Source: Thermodesulfobacteriota bacterium
GTDB lineage: Bacteria; Desulfobacterota_D; UBA1144; Nemesobacterales; UBA2774
Length of the DNA: 64,000 bases
Reading direction: 5' to 3'
NCBI GenBank assembly: GCA_965216785.1
Contig: OZ244197.1
Location: 1-64,000, forward strand
Below are positions 61,429 to 64,000 of this stretch, in pieces; the first letter of the stretch is position 1, and each line of letters opens with the position of its first letter. A model generated the notes under the pieces. The model made no database searches and had not been told where the DNA came from. It was given only the letters and a program-made list of their open reading frames with translations. A program made the translations under genes and the position numbers.

Positions 61429-62709
61429 ATGAGTAAAGAAGAGCTTAGTAACGACGACAAACTAGTGCTTGCGGTCAAAAAAAGGTACCACGATATGCTC
61501 GCTGAGGGTGTTGACCCCTATGAGTGGGCTTATGCGTGGCGCTCTGAGATTAACCGAGGCGGTTTTAAAGCGGTTGATTTCCTTATGGACGAAATAGTGG
61601 ATACTGGTAAGTGCGTCGGGTGCGCAGCCTGTGTGACAATTTGCCCGACCGATGTATTTGACTATAAGGACGAGCACCCTGTGGATACGAGAAAGGACGC
61701 ATGCGTGCTGTGCGAGCTTTGCGCAGACGTTTGCCCGGTTCTCAGACCCCTGGATAAGGATCTGCACACACTTTTGGGCTTTAAGCAGCCGGTAATTGAC
61801 GAGGGGTTCGGCCCTTACAACTACGCCGTAATAGCACGGGCAAAGAATAAGGAGTTTTTGGAGAAGGGACAGGACGGAGGAGTAACGAGCGCGCTTTTGG
61901 TGCATCTGCTGGAGCAGGGCGCCATAAACGGTGCGGTGCTCGGAGACGTGCTTCCGGAAAACCCTCAGGTAGGCGTGCAGAAACTCGCCACCACTTCAGA
62001 GGAAATAGTTCAGTGCAGCGGCTCGCGATACACATATTCGCCCAACACTGTGGCATTGACCGAGGCTATGAGACAGGACGTGCGTCCTCTGGCAGTAGTT
62101 GGCGTGCCTTGTCAGGTGGACGGAGTTCGTCAGCAGCAGTATAGCAGCATACGACTTGAAGTGGCCAAATGGTATCAGAAAAACGTAAGCCTGGTAATCG
62201 GGCTGTATTGCTCTGAGAGCTTTACTCACGAGCACATTACATATATAGCGAAAGAGCTTGATGTTGAGCCAAAAGATATTGTTAGAGTGAACGTAAAGGG
62301 CAAGGTAATAATCGAGCTCCGCGACGGCAGGGAAATAATTATGAAGCTCAAGGACTTTCATCCTTTCGCGCGGCCCGCATGCCTTTATTGTCTTGACTAT
62401 TCCGCTGAGCACGCTGATATCGGAGTGGGAGGTATAGGGCTTGACGGATGGACATTTGTAGCTGTCCGCACAGAAGCGGGGCACAAGGCGTGGCAGGCGG
62501 GAGTGGATGCGGATCTTTTTGAAATCATGGAAGTAGATGAAGTACCAAAGGCAAAGAGCCTGCTCATAAGGCTCTCTGAAATGAAAAGAAATAAACCCCT
62601 CCCTGCACTTATGCCTACGCTGCAGGAGAGGATTGAAATGGGCAACACAAACCCTAAGACTTTCTATAAAGATTACAATCCAAGCGATGGAGGAAAAAAC
62701 GGTAAATGA
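61429..62709 (+). CDS. coenzyme F420 hydrogenase/dehydrogenase beta-subunit family protein (FrhB/FpoF-like) with 2x[4Fe-4S] domain
   Basis: CVGCAACVTICP and CVLCELCADVCP; GQDGG.TS.LL, GSRY, VG.PCQ, IGL.C.ESF, C..C.D..A..ADI.VG, GWT. Confidence 0.88.
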   Translation: MSKEELSNDDKLVLAVKKRYHDMLAEGVDPYEWAYAWRSEINRGGFKAVDFLMDEIVDTGKCVGCAACVTICPTDVFDYKDEHPVDTRKDACVLCELCADVCPVLRPLDKDLHTLLGFKQPVIDEGFGPYNYAVIARAKNKEFLEKGQDGGVTSALLVHLLEQGAINGAVLGDVLPENPQVGVQKLATTSEEIVQCSGSRYTYSPNTVALTEAMRQDVRPLAVVGVPCQVDGVRQQQYSSIRLEVAKWYQKNVSLVIGLYCSESFTHEHITYIAKELDVEPKDIVRVNVKGKVIIELRDGREIIMKLKDFHPFARPACLYCLDYSAEHADIGVGGIGLDGWTFVAVRTEAGHKAWQAGVDADLFEIMEVDEVPKAKSLLIRLSEMKRNKPLPALMPTLQERIEMGNTNPKTFYKDYNPSDGGKNGK

Positions 62710-64000
62710 GCTCCAATAACGGCCAACCCGTACTCGAAGATATAAGCGTGATCGTAGCCGGACAGGGAGGTGACGGTTCACTTACAGTTATTACAATGCT
62801 TGCAGACCTGTTCCGGAACAGCGGGCTTAACGTATACACGGAAAGAGACGTGCTCTCGCGTATCCGCGGCGGACACGCGGCGGCAACGATGAGAGCGTTT
62901 ACCGGCCACCGCTACTGCATAGGGAGCAAGATCACTCTCCTAGTGGCGCTTGACGAAGAAGCGGTAACGAAAAATGCGCGTCATCTGGACTCTGACAGTG
63001 TGATAGTGTTCGATGACTCAAGCGGCCCTCTACCCGACGGATTATTACCCAAGGGCGCCAAGCTCTATGCGGCCCCTTTCAATAGAATCGCTATGCGTAC
63101 GATGAGACGCGAGTTATACAAAAACAGTATCGCTTTCGGAATGGTGGGGCGTCTGCTAGGACTTGAAGACGAGCACATGCGCGAGACTTTCGTAAAGCGC
63201 TTTGAAAGACGTGGGCAGGTAATTTTAGACTATAACTTAGAAGCACTCGGCCTTGGACTGCACATGGCGGACGAGCTGGATATTAAGGAAGGACACGGAC
63301 TTTATAGAATAGAGCGCACGGACCCTGAGGAGCACCTCTTAATAATGGGGAACGAATCCGTGGCTTTCGGATTCATGGCCGCAGGCGGAAGATTCTTCAC
63401 CGGCTATCCGATAACGCCCTCTACAGAGGTGCTTGAGACGCTGCAGAAATGGCTGCCAAAGTGCGGGGGAGTGGTAAGACAGACTGAGGATGAGCTTGCT
63501 GGCATAAATATGGCCATAGGCGCTGCGCTCACAGGCGCAAGGACTATGACCGCCACATCAGGACCCGGGTTTTCACTCATGCAGGAAGGAGTGGGACATG
63601 CCGGCTCTGCTGAAGTACCTATTGTCGTTGTGGACTGTCAGCGCTCGGGACCGAGCACCGGAATGCCTACAAGACCGGAGCAGAGCGATCTGAACCTTAT
63701 GATTTTTGGAGGTCACGGTGATTTCCCGAGATTCGTTCTAGCCCCGGGACACCCGGAGGACTGTTTTTATCTCACTGTAGACGCTACAAACCTGGCAGAT
63801 AAATATCAGCTGCCCGTGTTCATAGCAATGGACCAGGCGCTTTCACAGAACATTGCAACCGTAAAGCCCTTCGACCTGGACGAAATAACTGTTACACTAG
63901 GGAAGAGACTTAGCGCGGAGGATGTTGCAAAACTGGATACTTATAAACGCTACAGTTTCTCTGAGGACAATATCTCGGCGTTCGCCGCACCGGGAACACC
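62706..64000 (+). CDS. 2-oxoacid:acceptor oxidoreductase subunit alpha (gamma-alpha fused, KorA type), truncated by window end; not in the ORF track
   Basis: hand translation MSSNNGQPVLEDISVIVAGQGGDG..SRIRGGH..MGNESVA..GYPITPSTE..QTEDELAGI..TATSGPGFSLM.E..QRSGPSTGMPT..EQSDL..HGDFPR; frame stays open to 64000. Confidence 0.93.
   Translation, partial: MSSNNGQPVLEDISVIVAGQGGDGSLTVITMLADLFRNSGLNVYTERDVLSRIRGGHAAATMRAFTGHRYCIGSKITLLVALDEEAVTKNARHLDSDSVIVFDDSSGPLPDGLLPKGAKLYAAPFNRIAMRTMRRELYKNSIAFGMVGRLLGLEDEHMRETFVKRFERRGQVILDYNLEALGLGLHMADELDIKEGHGLYRIERTDPEEHLLIMGNESVAFGFMAAGGRFFTGYPITPSTEVLETLQKWLPKCGGVVRQTEDELAGINMAIGAALTGARTMTATSGPGFSLMQEGVGHAGSAEVPIVVVDCQRSGPSTGMPTRPEQSDLNLMIFGGHGDFPRFVLAPGHPEDCFYLTVDATNLADKYQLPVFIAMDQALSQNIATVKPFDLDEITVTLGKRLSAEDVAKLDTYKRYSFSEDNISAFAAPGT

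Noticed and set aside
61429-62709. FrhB-like gene as a hydrogenase subunit or partner of the pyruvyltransferase locus
   Set aside because: No NiFe hydrogenase subunits nearby; it lies over 23 kb from the pyruvyltransferase and is coupled to korA instead
61996-62781. 261-aa minus-strand ORF
   Set aside because: Antisense to the well-supported FrhB-like and KorA genes; no motifs

Overview
A bacterial chromosome segment using the standard genetic code. The proteins look Deltaproteobacteria-like, possibly Ca. Dadabacteria/Desulfobacterota_D, but that is an unverified impression. Region 0.2-4.5 kb holds metF, ubiE/menG, pdxH, a TIGR01777-type epimerase and a luciferase-like oxidoreductase. Region 4.6-24.6 kb is a contiguous str-S10-spc-alpha ribosomal cluster (rpsL to rplQ). 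It lacks rpmD (L30), and L17 and S17 carry long acidic tails. Region 24.7-31.9 kb holds purD, glmS, glmU, a cupin, ssb, a Nudix hydrolase and a macrodomain. Region 32-43.5 kb is a mostly AT-rich surface-glycan locus with wzm/wzt, GT2s and a sulfotransferase. It includes a ~5.2 kb cassette bracketed by a decayed duplicate of a GT2 gene's 3' end; the cassette encodes a methyltransferase and a 1356-aa pyruvyltransferase-coiled coil-GT2-GT2-sulfotransferase fusion. Region 43.6-61 kb holds hydantoinase A, rpoZ, hisIE, an arylsulfate sulfotransferase lipoprotein, two FmdB-type zinc ribbons each split by a 76-aa insert, an enoyl-CoA hydratase, era, two GT-C/PMT-like paralogs with a shared 34-bp upstream element, aspS and a GldA/F/G-like ABC module. 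Region 61.4-64 kb holds an FrhB/FpoF-like F420-oxidoreductase subunit translationally coupled to a 2-oxoacid:ferredoxin oxidoreductase alpha subunit, cut by the window end. The best candidates for undescribed systems are the F420-linked 2-oxoacid oxidoreductase operon, the single-polypeptide glycan polymerase/capping enzyme and the split zinc-ribbon pair. No tRNA, rRNA, CRISPR array, integrase or transposase was seen. All calls come from motif recognition by eye; no database searches were run.
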